Below are positions 16,745 through 24,769 of a DNA stretch of 32,000 nucleotides, piece after piece. Numbering within the stretch: the stretch's first letter is position 1; the number at the start of each line of letters is the position of its first letter. Source of the stretch: Mycolicibacterium smegmatis (lineage in GTDB: Bacteria > Actinomycetota > Actinomycetes > Mycobacteriales > Mycobacteriaceae). The position numbers and the translations under genes are program-made. The notes under the pieces were generated by a model that saw only the letters and a list, made by a program, of their open reading frames with translations, had not been told where the DNA came from and did no database searches. Location of the stretch: NCBI RefSeq assembly GCF_001457595.1, contig NZ_LN831039.1:3540001-3572000 (forward strand). The letters run 5' to 3'.

Positions 16745-16775
16745 TCGCGTACGATCGAGATCATCACAGAGAGGG

Positions 16776-17855
16776 ATGCCCGTGGCAACTGATTCGACAC
16801 CTCAGCGACCCGAGCGACTCCGGGTGGTCGCCTCGACCCCGATCAGCGAGGACCTGATCGAGCGGATCGTGGCGAGAGAACCACGTATCGACTTCATCCG
16901 CGACCAGTCCCTGCTCCCCCCGCAGCGGTTCGCCGGCGACCATGCCGGCGATCCGGCTTTCCGTCGTACCGCGGACCAGCAGCGGCAATTCGAGCAGCTG
17001 GTCGACTCGGCTCAAGCGCTCTACGGCTTGCCCGACGAGCAGCCCGCCGCCCTGCGCCGCACCGTCCGTAGCAACCCGAACCTGTTGTGGGTGCACACGA
17101 TGGCCGCGGGTGGCGGCGGTCAGATCAAGGCGGCCGAACTCGAGGAGGACGAACTGAACCGCATCACGTTCACCACCTCCGCCGGCGTTCACGCGGAACC
17201 ACTGGCCGAATATGCATTGTTCGGTCTGCTCGCAGGCGCCAAGACGCTTCCGCGGCTGCTGCGTCAGCAGCGCGAGCGGAAGTGGACCGACCGTTGGGAG
17301 ATGGGCCTGCTGAGCCAGCAGCGGATCCTGCTCGTCGGACTCGGCGGAATCGGCCGGGTCATCGCGCGGAAGCTCGCTGCGCTGGGCGTCACGGTCGTGG
17401 GCACCAGTCGCTCGGGCGAACCCGTCGAGGGGGTCGCCGAACTCGTCCACCCGGATGATCTCGTCGACGCCGTACGCGACGTCGACGGCATCGTGGTGAG
17501 CCTGCCCGGCACTGCTGCCACCGAGAACATGGTGAACGCGAAGGTTCTTCGCGCCGCCAAACCCGGGTTCACTCTGGTGAGCCTGGGCCGGGGCACGGTG
17601 ATCGACGAGCCGGCCCTGATCGACGCCCTGCGAGACGGCCAGGTCGGATTCGCCGCGCTCGACGTGTTCGCCGCCGAACCGCTCGCGCCCGAAAGCCCGT
17701 TGTGGAGTGACGAAAAGGTCCTGATAAGCCCGCACACCGCGGCGTTGAACTCCGCCGAGGATCGACTCATCGCCGACCTGTTCGCCGAGAACGCCACCCG
17801 CTTCCTCGACGGAAGCCCCATGCGCAACCGTGTGGATACCGTCGAGTTCTACTGA
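16776..17855 (+). CDS. D-isomer-specific 2-hydroxyacid dehydrogenase family (NAD-binding)
   Basis: LLVGLGGIGRVIARKLAALG Rossmann motif, GRGTVIDEPAL, and ISPHTAA with the catalytic His. GTG 16782 is an alternative start. Confidence 0.8.
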   Translation: MPVATDSTPQRPERLRVVASTPISEDLIERIVAREPRIDFIRDQSLLPPQRFAGDHAGDPAFRRTADQQRQFEQLVDSAQALYGLPDEQPAALRRTVRSNPNLLWVHTMAAGGGGQIKAAELEEDELNRITFTTSAGVHAEPLAEYALFGLLAGAKTLPRLLRQQRERKWTDRWEMGLLSQQRILLVGLGGIGRVIARKLAALGVTVVGTSRSGEPVEGVAELVHPDDLVDAVRDVDGIVVSLPGTAATENMVNAKVLRAAKPGFTLVSLGRGTVIDEPALIDALRDGQVGFAALDVFAAEPLAPESPLWSDEKVLISPHTAALNSAEDRLIADLFAENATRFLDGSPMRNRVDTVEFY

Positions 17856-17911
17856 GGCTGTGCGAGGATCCGCTTCCGACGAACTCGCAGGTCCCGAACC
17901 GAGGAGACGCA

Positions 17912-18694
17912 ATGGCCGACGAGGCTGAGCGCGCCGCCGGCAATTCGCCCGCGGTCACCCGTTCCATCCGCATCCTTGACCTTCTCGCGGAGGCACGAGG
18001 GGTACCGCGCACCCTCACCGAGATCGCCCGCGAACTCGGCCTCGCCAAGTCATCGGTGTCCAACCTGTGCGCCGCCCTCGAGGAGGGCGGACTGGTGCGC
18101 CGGAGCACCGGCGGCTACCTGCTCGGCCGGCGCACCGTCGAACTGGGCAGTGCATTCCTGTCCGGCTTCAACCAGATTCGTGAGTTCTACCGTGTCTGCG
18201 AGGAGTCCGAGGTGCTGCGGCACCAACTCGTGCAGATCGCGATGCTCGACGGAGCGCACGTGCTCTATCTTGCGGTGTTCGAAGGCCGTCAGCGTTTCCC
18301 GTTGTCCGCCCGCGTCGGCGACCGCTATCCCGCCTCTGTGACCGCGGTCGGCACCGCGCTGCTGTCCGAGCTGACACCGACACAGGTCGCCGAACTCTAC
18401 TGGGACGAAACCAATTTCGTCGGATTGACCAAGAAGTCGACGGCGACCCTGACCACATTGCAGGAAAAGCTCCAGCAGACCCGCCAACGCGGATACGCCG
18501 TCGACGACGGCGAAGTGCATCCCACCGTTCTCGGATTGGCGATCCCCATCCCCGGCGGCAACGGCGAACCGACCTTCGCCATCGGTGTATCCATCGTGCA
18601 TCCCACTGGTTCGGCCGAGGAACGCGAAGCCATCCTCGCCGCTGTGCGTGACGCCGCGGAAAGCCTGACCCGCCCCCGCCTGATCACGGTCTGA
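17912..18694 (+). CDS. IclR family transcriptional regulator
   Basis: N-terminal wHTH (SIRILDLLAEARGVPRTLTEIARELGLAKSSVSNLCAALEEGGLV) plus an IclR effector domain. GAGGAG RBS. Confidence 0.85.
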   Translation: MADEAERAAGNSPAVTRSIRILDLLAEARGVPRTLTEIARELGLAKSSVSNLCAALEEGGLVRRSTGGYLLGRRTVELGSAFLSGFNQIREFYRVCEESEVLRHQLVQIAMLDGAHVLYLAVFEGRQRFPLSARVGDRYPASVTAVGTALLSELTPTQVAELYWDETNFVGLTKKSTATLTTLQEKLQQTRQRGYAVDDGEVHPTVLGLAIPIPGGNGEPTFAIGVSIVHPTGSAEEREAILAAVRDAAESLTRPRLITV

Positions 18695-18721
18695 CGATAC
18701 CGCCGGAGTACGTTCACGTTC

Positions 18722-19576
18722 ATGGACAACTCCGGACCCAGCCGGACAGCGCTCGCCACGGCATACGCGCGGGCCTGTCACCAGTTCGCCGACAGCCCGC
18801 CGATTTTCGCCGATCCCCTGGCCGCGCGCCTGCTCGGCGTGACGGAAGCCAACCTCGACGACCTCTCACGCCACCCTGCGGGCCACCCGGCGACCGTGGC
18901 CCGCGATCGGCCTCGCCGACTCTTCTTCGCAGCACGCTCCCGGTTCGCCGATGATGTGACGGCCAGGGCCGTGGCCGCGGGTGTGCGTCAGGTGGTGGTG
19001 CTCGGCGCCGGCCTGGACACCGCTGCGTACCGCAATTCGCATCCAGATGTGCACGTCTTCGAGGTGGATCACCCACAGACGCAGGCCTGGAAGCGAGAGC
19101 GCCTCGCCGCCACCGGGATCGACATCCCCGCCACCGCGACCTTGGTACCGGTCGATTTCGAGACGCAGACGCTGGCGTCGGAACTGGAGTCCGCCTCGTT
19201 CTCTCGCACCGAACCGGCGGTCTTCGTCTGGCTCGGCGTGATCTTCTATCTGACTCCCGATGCGGCCGGCAGCACACTCGACTACATCGCCGGGCAGGCC
19301 CGACCCGTCGACCTTGTCTTCGACTACCTCCAGCCCGCGGAAACCGACGAGGACCGGGCCGACCTGAAGAATCGCGCCGCTCGGCTCGCCCGCGCAGGCG
19401 AGCCCCTGGTCAACTACCTCACCTCCGACGAACTCCACCGGCAGTTGGCAGACTTCGGCTTCCGTGTGGTCGAGGACCTCTCCGGCAACGAGCTGATCGG
19501 CCGATATCCGCACGGCGCACCCGTTCTCGACGAGCGGGCGTTGCGTGCCAGCCGAATTGTGCACGCGCGCTGTTGA
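18722..19576 (+). CDS. Class I SAM-dependent methyltransferase, LCMT-like 'putative O-methyltransferase' family expanded in mycobacteria
   Basis: SRTALATAYARA...VRQVVVLGAGLDTAAYR...VFEVDHPQTQAWKRERL pattern. Confidence 0.8.
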   Translation: MDNSGPSRTALATAYARACHQFADSPPIFADPLAARLLGVTEANLDDLSRHPAGHPATVARDRPRRLFFAARSRFADDVTARAVAAGVRQVVVLGAGLDTAAYRNSHPDVHVFEVDHPQTQAWKRERLAATGIDIPATATLVPVDFETQTLASELESASFSRTEPAVFVWLGVIFYLTPDAAGSTLDYIAGQARPVDLVFDYLQPAETDEDRADLKNRAARLARAGEPLVNYLTSDELHRQLADFGFRVVEDLSGNELIGRYPHGAPVLDERALRASRIVHARC

Positions 19577-19577
19577 T

Positions 19578-20192
19578 TCAGCGGACAGCCACCTGCCGCC
19601 ACACAGTCTCACAGGTCAGCTTCGCTTCGGCGATCGCGTCCGGGGAGATCTTGGATGCTTGGTAGAACGTCCGCTCGATCATCCAGCACAGAGCCCGCGC
19701 CAGTCCAGGCGCATCCCCCGGCGCAGTGCCAGTGGGAACACCAGCCCGGCGCAGAACATCGGCCATGGCGTCGATGGACACCTCTGCGGCCTCGGACCAC
19801 AACTCGTCGATCGCGGGGACCGTGGACGCGAGGTCCACAGCCATCCGCATCACCGGACCGTGGTCGCGCCACAGCTCCGCAGTGCGTTCCAGCGCAGCAC
19901 CGATCGCCTCGTCGACCGGTCGGGTCTGGTCGCGTGCGGCGCCGGCCGCCCTGTCCCGCAGCACCTGTACGGTTCGGGCGACCAACGCCGTGAGCACCTC
20001 CTGCTTCGAACCGAAGTAGAAGTACAGTGCCGCCCGGGTGATCCCGACCGACTCGGCGATGTCGGCGACCGTCATGTCCGCGTATCCGGTGGTCGTCAAC
20101 AGATCCTCGGCGGCGTCGAGGATCTGTTGTTCGCGTAGATCACCCTTGCGGACCGTCGGCGTCGACCGACGCGAAGGCCACGATTTGGTCAC
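19578..20192 (-). CDS. TetR/AcrR family transcriptional regulator
   Basis: HTH (MTVADIAESVGITRAALYFYFGSKQEVL). GTG start with GGGGAG RBS. 24 nt downstream of the SDR gene on the same strand. Confidence 0.85.
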   Translation of the reverse strand: MTKSWPSRRSTPTVRKGDLREQQILDAAEDLLTTTGYADMTVADIAESVGITRAALYFYFGSKQEVLTALVARTVQVLRDRAAGAARDQTRPVDEAIGAALERTAELWRDHGPVMRMAVDLASTVPAIDELWSEAAEVSIDAMADVLRRAGVPTGTAPGDAPGLARALCWMIERTFYQASKISPDAIAEAKLTCETVWRQVAVR

Positions 20193-20216
20193 GGTCTCCC
20201 CTTCGCCGGTTGGCTC

Positions 20217-21068
20217 CTACGTCGAGGCGAGTTGCGCGCCGTCGGCGAAATCCGTGCTGCGGGAGAGCTCTTCCCAGCGCCGGATGTCCTCGTCGACCGC
20301 TGCGCGCGCCGCACCGACCAGCCTCAACGCGTCCGATCCCAGGACCAGGTGGGCCGGCGGTTCAGGCTCGTCCAGTATCGCCAGGACGGCTTCGGCGGCC
20401 TTGACGGGGTTGCCCAGTTGGTTTCCGCTGGCCTTGAGGCGTGCAGCACGGATGGGTTCGAACAGTTCGTCGTAGTCGGCGATGGAACGGTCCGCCCGGG
20501 TCATCGAGCGGCCGGCCCAGTCGGTACGGAACGATCCCGGTTCGATCGCGGTGACGTGGATGCCGAAGCCGCTGATCTCTTTACGGATGCTCTCCAGCAT
20601 GCCCTCCACGGCGAATTTGCTGGCGCAGTATGCCGACATGCCGGGGACGGCCATGAGTCCACCCATCGAAGTCACTGCCATCAGATGCCCTTTGCGCCGC
20701 TCCCGCAGGTAAGGAAGTGCGGCTTGCAGTGTGGCAGCGACGCCGAAGACGTTGGTGGCGAACTGGGCTCGCATCTCGGCGATCGGCGTCTCCTCGAAGA
20801 TGCCCTCGACGCCGTAGCCGGCGTTGGCGATCACCACATCGATGGGCCCGATGTTCTTCTCGACTTCCGAGACAACCGCAGTCACGGCTGCGTCGTCGGT
20901 GACGTCGAGTTGACGGGCGTGCGCCCGGTCCGGCGCGGTCGATTCGAAAGCGGCGGCATCGGTGTCCTTGCGCACGGTGCCGACAACGCGGTGCCCCGCA
21001 GCGAGGGCTCCGTTCGCGAAGGCCTGTCCCAGGCCGCTGCTCACTCCGCTGATGAAAAACGTCTTCAT
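20217..21068 (-). CDS. SDR family oxidoreductase (classical short-chain dehydrogenase)
   Basis: ISGVSSGLG cofactor motif, NAG, and catalytic YCASK. Confidence 0.85.
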   Translation of the reverse strand: MKTFFISGVSSGLGQAFANGALAAGHRVVGTVRKDTDAAAFESTAPDRAHARQLDVTDDAAVTAVVSEVEKNIGPIDVVIANAGYGVEGIFEETPIAEMRAQFATNVFGVAATLQAALPYLRERRKGHLMAVTSMGGLMAVPGMSAYCASKFAVEGMLESIRKEISGFGIHVTAIEPGSFRTDWAGRSMTRADRSIADYDELFEPIRAARLKASGNQLGNPVKAAEAVLAILDEPEPPAHLVLGSDALRLVGAARAAVDEDIRRWEELSRSTDFADGAQLAST

Positions 21069-21082
21069 GATGTCCTCTCGAA

Positions 21083-21133
21083 AACTTACTCAACACAGTG
21101 TCAAATAATAATCTACACCGTGTCAAGTAAGTC
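21083..21133. promoter_or_regulatory. Long imperfect inverted repeat around an AT-rich core (candidate TetR operator / divergent promoter)
   Basis: AACTTACTCAACACAGTGT-caaataataatct-ACACCGTGTCAAGTAAGTC, 15 of 19 arm positions complementary. It lies between the SDR-TetR operon and the MBL-fold gene. Confidence 0.45.
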
Positions 21134-21241
21134 TTTCCCGAACGTCCAGCACCGCGGATAGCCGACGGACCCGGCATGCGTTCTCCGAGGCAGGCCCAGG
21201 GCATTCGTCCGGGGTCTTCGGGCTTACAAGAGGAGACGAGC

Positions 21242-22162
21242 ATGACCACCAGTACGGACAACACTTCCCACGCAGGGACGCAGACCATCGACGAGTTGGT
21301 GCCGTCGCGCTACGCGGTACAGGTCGGCGACATCGAGGTCCTCGTGATCAGCGACGGCGTGCTGCCCATCACCGCAAGCACCATGGCAACCAATGCCGAC
21401 AGCGACACGTATCGCACCTGGCTGAGTGACCGCTTCCTGCCTCAGGACATCCTCGATTGGCCGCTGAACGTGGTGGTGGTGCGCAGCGGTGACCGCACCA
21501 TCCTGGTCGATGCGGGCCTGGGCGTGGAGTTTCCCGACTTTCCGCGTGCCGGGCGCACCGTCGCGCGCCTGGAGGCCGCCGGTATCGATCCGTCAGCCGT
21601 GACCGACGTGGTTCTCACCCACCTCCACATGGACCACATCGGCGGGTTGCTCTCACACGGATTGAAAGAAAGACTCCGTCCGGACCTGCGAATCCATGTG
21701 GCGTCCGCGGAGGCCAACTTCTGGGAGTCGCCGGATTTCTCGCACACCGAGATGCCCGCACCGGTTCCGCCGGCACTGCGTGCGATCGCCGGTCGCTTCC
21801 TCGACGAATACCGCGGCCAGATCCAAACATTCGACTCCGAGTACGACATCACGCCAGGAGTCCACGTCGCGCGCACCGGCGGCCACACACCCGGCCACAG
21901 TGTCGTACGACTGGCATCCGGTGAGGATCGGCTCACGTTCGCCGGAGACGCCGTGTTCGCGCCCGGGTTCGACAATCCTCAGTGGCACAACGGGTTCGAA
22001 CACGACCCGGAGGAATCCGTCCGGGTCCGCGTCGAACTGCTGCGCGAGCTTGCGGCAACCGGTGAGTCCCTCGTCGCCACCCATCTGCCGTTCCCGTCGG
22101 TCTGCCATGTGGCGGCCGCGGGCGACGCATTCCGCTGCGTTCCCGCGGTCTGGGACTACTGA
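21242..22162 (+). CDS. MBL-fold metallo-hydrolase (lactonase-like)
   Basis: HLHMDHIGG (HxHxDH) metal motif plus a later GGHTPGH. Start at ATG 21242 with AGGAGA RBS. Confidence 0.8.
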   Translation: MTTSTDNTSHAGTQTIDELVPSRYAVQVGDIEVLVISDGVLPITASTMATNADSDTYRTWLSDRFLPQDILDWPLNVVVVRSGDRTILVDAGLGVEFPDFPRAGRTVARLEAAGIDPSAVTDVVLTHLHMDHIGGLLSHGLKERLRPDLRIHVASAEANFWESPDFSHTEMPAPVPPALRAIAGRFLDEYRGQIQTFDSEYDITPGVHVARTGGHTPGHSVVRLASGEDRLTFAGDAVFAPGFDNPQWHNGFEHDPEESVRVRVELLRELAATGESLVATHLPFPSVCHVAAAGDAFRCVPAVWDY

Positions 22163-22193
22163 CCCGATCAACGCCTGGGCGTCTTGACCCTCC

Positions 22194-22213
22194 CCCTGGG
22201 GCAATCCCCAGGG
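22194..22213 (+). other. Perfect 8-bp stem-loop between the MBL-fold gene and the SnoaL-like gene
   Basis: CCCTGGGG-caat-CCCCAGGG. The 3' arm abuts the GGTGGAGG Shine-Dalgarno of the downstream gene. Confidence 0.3.
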
Positions 22214-22483
22214 TGGAGGTCATGACGACCGACGAGAACACCCCGACCGCCCTCACCTGGGACGAACTTCCCGCACCTGTCGCCACCTACCTCGGCGCAC
22301 GCCCGAAAGATGACACCGCAACGGCACTTGGCGCCTTCACCGAAGACGCCAGCGTCACCGACGAAGGCCACACCTACCGCGGTCGGGACAAGATTCTCGC
22401 GTGGATGCAGCGGGTGAGCACCAAGTACAGCTACACCACCGAGTTCACCGAAGCGACTCGCCGCGACGAGTCACACATCGACG

Positions 22484-22492
22484 TGACCCAGC
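22484..22492. repeat. Target-site duplication, left copy (TGACCCAGC)
   Basis: Identical 9-mer directly abuts both IS termini. Confidence 0.8.
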
Positions 22493-23980
22493 GAGCAATG
22501 ATCAATACCTGTGGATGAGCCTCGGTGTGGGGGCGTGAAGATGGGCGCACCTTCCCGGGGATGATCTTCACGGAATCAGGTATTCGATCAAGACCGGCGT
22601 TGGCGCGCTGGTTGGGAAGGTACGCCCATGCTCACCGTAGTTCACGACACCGAGGACGCCAACGACAAGGCCAGCGGTGCTGGTCGGTCGTTGTTGGATG
22701 AGATCGTCCGCGACGGGGCCCGGCAGATGCTGGCCGCGGCGTTGCAGGCCGAGGTCGCCGCCTACGTGGCGCAGTTCGCCGATCAACTCGACGAGAACGG
22801 TCACCGGTTGGTGGTGCGAAACGGCTATCACCAGCCCCGGGAGGTGCTGACCGCCGCCGGCGCGGTGCAGGTGAAAGCGCCGCGGGTCAACGACCGCCGT
22901 GTCGACCCCGACACCGGTGAACGCAAGCGGTTCTCCTCGGCGATCCTGCCGGCCTGGGCGCGCAAGTCGCCGCAGATGAGCGAGGTACTGCCGCTGCTGT
23001 ACCTGCACGGCCTGTCGAGCAACGATTTCACCCCTGCCCTCGAGCAGTTCCTCGGCTCCGGCGCTGGGCTGTCGGCCAGCACGATCACCCGGCTCACGGC
23101 GCAGTGGCAAGACGAGGCCCGCGCGTTTGGGGCCCGCGACCTCTCGGCCACTGATTACGTGTATCTGTGGGTCGACGGCATTCACCTCAAGGTGCGGCTG
23201 GACCAGGAAAAGCTCTGTCTGCTGGTGATGCTGGGCGTGCGTGCTGATGGCCGCAAGGAGCTCGTGGCGATCACCGACGGCTACCGCGAGTCGGCCGAGT
23301 CGTGGGCCGATCTGTTGCGCGACTGCAAGCGCCGCGGCATGACCGCCCCCGTACTCGCGATCGGCGATGGCGCGCTCGGGTTCTGGAAAGCAGTCCGCGA
23401 GGTTTTCCCGGCCACCAAAGAGCAGCGGTGCTGGTTTCATAAGCAGGCCAATGTTCTTGCTGCACTGCCGAAATCAGCGCACCCGTCGGCGCTGGCGGCG
23501 ATCAAGGAGATCTACAACGCCGAGGATATCGACAAGGCCCAGATCGCGGTCAAGGCCTTCGAGGCCGACTTCGGCGCGAAGTATCCCAAGGCGGTCGCTA
23601 AGATCACCGACGACCTCGATGTGCTGCTGGAATTCTACAAGTATCCGGCCGAACATTGGATTCATCTGCGAACGACGAATCCGATCGAATCCACCTTTGC
23701 CACAGTGCGTTTGAGGACCAAGGTCACCAAGGGGCCCGGATCACGAGCGGCCGGACTAGCGATGGCCTACAAGCTCATCGACGCCGCCGCGGCCCGCTGG
23801 CGTGCCGTCAACGCCCCACACCTGGTCGCCCTGGTCCGCGCCGGCGCGGTCTTCCATAAAGGCAGACTGCTCGAACGACCCACCGACATCACCCCGCCAA
23901 CATCGCCCTCAGACGGCGGTCAGCACGCCGGAACGGAGGTCGCCTGAAACACCCCGATCCACAGGTATTGACAATTCCTC
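22493..23980 (+). mobile_element. IS256-family insertion sequence, 1488 bp (IS6120-like by size, IR length and 9-bp duplication)
   Basis: Single Mutator-type transposase ORF. 24-bp terminal IRs: GAGCAATGATCAATACCTGTGGAT (22493-22516) against the reverse complement of 23957-23980, GAGGAATTGTCAATACCTGTGGAT, 21 of 24 identical. Flanked by a perfect 9-bp direct repeat. Confidence 0.85.
22628..23947 (+). CDS. IS256 family (Mutator-like) transposase
   Basis: 439 aa. Segments (LLDEIVRDGARQMLAAALQAEVAAYV, VRNGYHQPREV, YVYLWVDGIHLKVR, RCWFHKQANVL, NPIESTFATVRLRTKV) are characteristic of IS256-family transposases. Confidence 0.9.
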   Translation: MLTVVHDTEDANDKASGAGRSLLDEIVRDGARQMLAAALQAEVAAYVAQFADQLDENGHRLVVRNGYHQPREVLTAAGAVQVKAPRVNDRRVDPDTGERKRFSSAILPAWARKSPQMSEVLPLLYLHGLSSNDFTPALEQFLGSGAGLSASTITRLTAQWQDEARAFGARDLSATDYVYLWVDGIHLKVRLDQEKLCLLVMLGVRADGRKELVAITDGYRESAESWADLLRDCKRRGMTAPVLAIGDGALGFWKAVREVFPATKEQRCWFHKQANVLAALPKSAHPSALAAIKEIYNAEDIDKAQIAVKAFEADFGAKYPKAVAKITDDLDVLLEFYKYPAEHWIHLRTTNPIESTFATVRLRTKVTKGPGSRAAGLAMAYKLIDAAAARWRAVNAPHLVALVRAGAVFHKGRLLERPTDITPPTSPSDGGQHAGTEVA

Positions 23981-23989
23981 TGACCCAGC
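23981..23989. repeat. Target-site duplication, right copy (TGACCCAGC)
   Basis: See left copy. Confidence 0.8.
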
Positions 23990-24093
23990 ATCTCGAAGGC
24001 GACTTTCCCGGAGGCGTCGTCGATCTGCGATTCCGCTTCACCCTCGACGGGACATACATCAGCCGACTGACGATCGAACCGTGTGTTGGGTGA

Positions 24094-24769
24094 GCACAAT
24101 GCGGAAAACGGCGCCGGCCGCTCACTCCGCGTTCAGTGCGCGCAAGCGCTCCGCGCCACTCCGCTCGCGAGTGAGCGTCCCTCGTCGTAGCAGCGTTCCC
24201 GGCACCACCGGACGCCGCAAGCGGAGTTTCCGCAACGGCTCTGCGTGGTCGTGGCAACTTGAGAGAACGCCGAATCTGGTGTATGCCGTGCGTCCGTACC
24301 GATCGCGGACGCGGTCGCTCAAGCAACTGCGCGGACCATCCGCTGTAATCAGTCAGCAACCGCCGACTTCCCGCCACTCATTTGGATGCGCATTCACAGC
24401 TTCTGCCGGACGAATGCCATTGTTTGCAATGCAAAATTCTTGTCGCCCAGTGAGCAAAATGCGCTCATTGCGATGAACTTGGCTTATGATCTTGTGCTGC
24501 CACACCCAGAGACATTGCGGGCAAGTCGCCAGCAACCGCTGAGCGTGGCCAAAGGATTGCATTGTTGCGTTGGCGTTAGCTGCGAGATTCAGCCCTGACA
24601 CACTCCCGTCCGCTCCAAGACCGCGAGTCGGAGTATCCAGCAAAGGCAATGGGCGTCTGTGACGAAAGGCCTGCCCACCGCGGAGAATTTGCCTAGATGG
24701 TTCCGAGTGGACACCGAAGACATATGTGCCACTATGTCCGAAGGCAAACATCGCTGACGCGGGGGGATT
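24094..24769. other. 676-bp segment with no convincing gene (possible decayed remnant), partly AT-rich
   Basis: Only Arg/Ser-rich or very short ORFs on either strand. GC drops around 24380-24600. Lies between the IS-disrupted gene and the atypical acyltransferase gene. Confidence 0.4.

Larger units (their letters stand above)
22222..24093 (+). pseudogene. SnoaL/NTF2-like protein gene interrupted by an IS256-family element
   Basis: 5' part 22222-22492 (MTTDENTPTALTWDELPAPVATYLG...ESHIDVTQ). 3' part 23990-24093 (..LEGDFPGGVVDLRFRFTLDGTYISRLTIEPCVG*). Removing the IS and one copy of the 9-bp duplication joins them in frame, giving about 124 aa from ATG 22222. Confidence 0.75.

Noticed and set aside
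16534-16800. 88-aa minus-strand ORF spanning the AT-rich intergenic region between the MHS transporter and the 2-hydroxyacid dehydrogenase.
   Set aside because: It overlaps both flanking start codons and has no RBS or motif. It looks protein-like only because the region is AT-rich. The region is better explained as a promoter/operator.
24099-24598. Small ORFs in the gene-less segment: 24099-24476(+) very basic 126 aa, 24122-24322(-) 66 aa with a TTG start, 24386-24598(+) 70 aa.
   Set aside because: They have no recognisable motifs, extreme Arg/Ser content or weak starts, and they overlap one another. They could be remnants, but none can be supported as a gene without a homology search.
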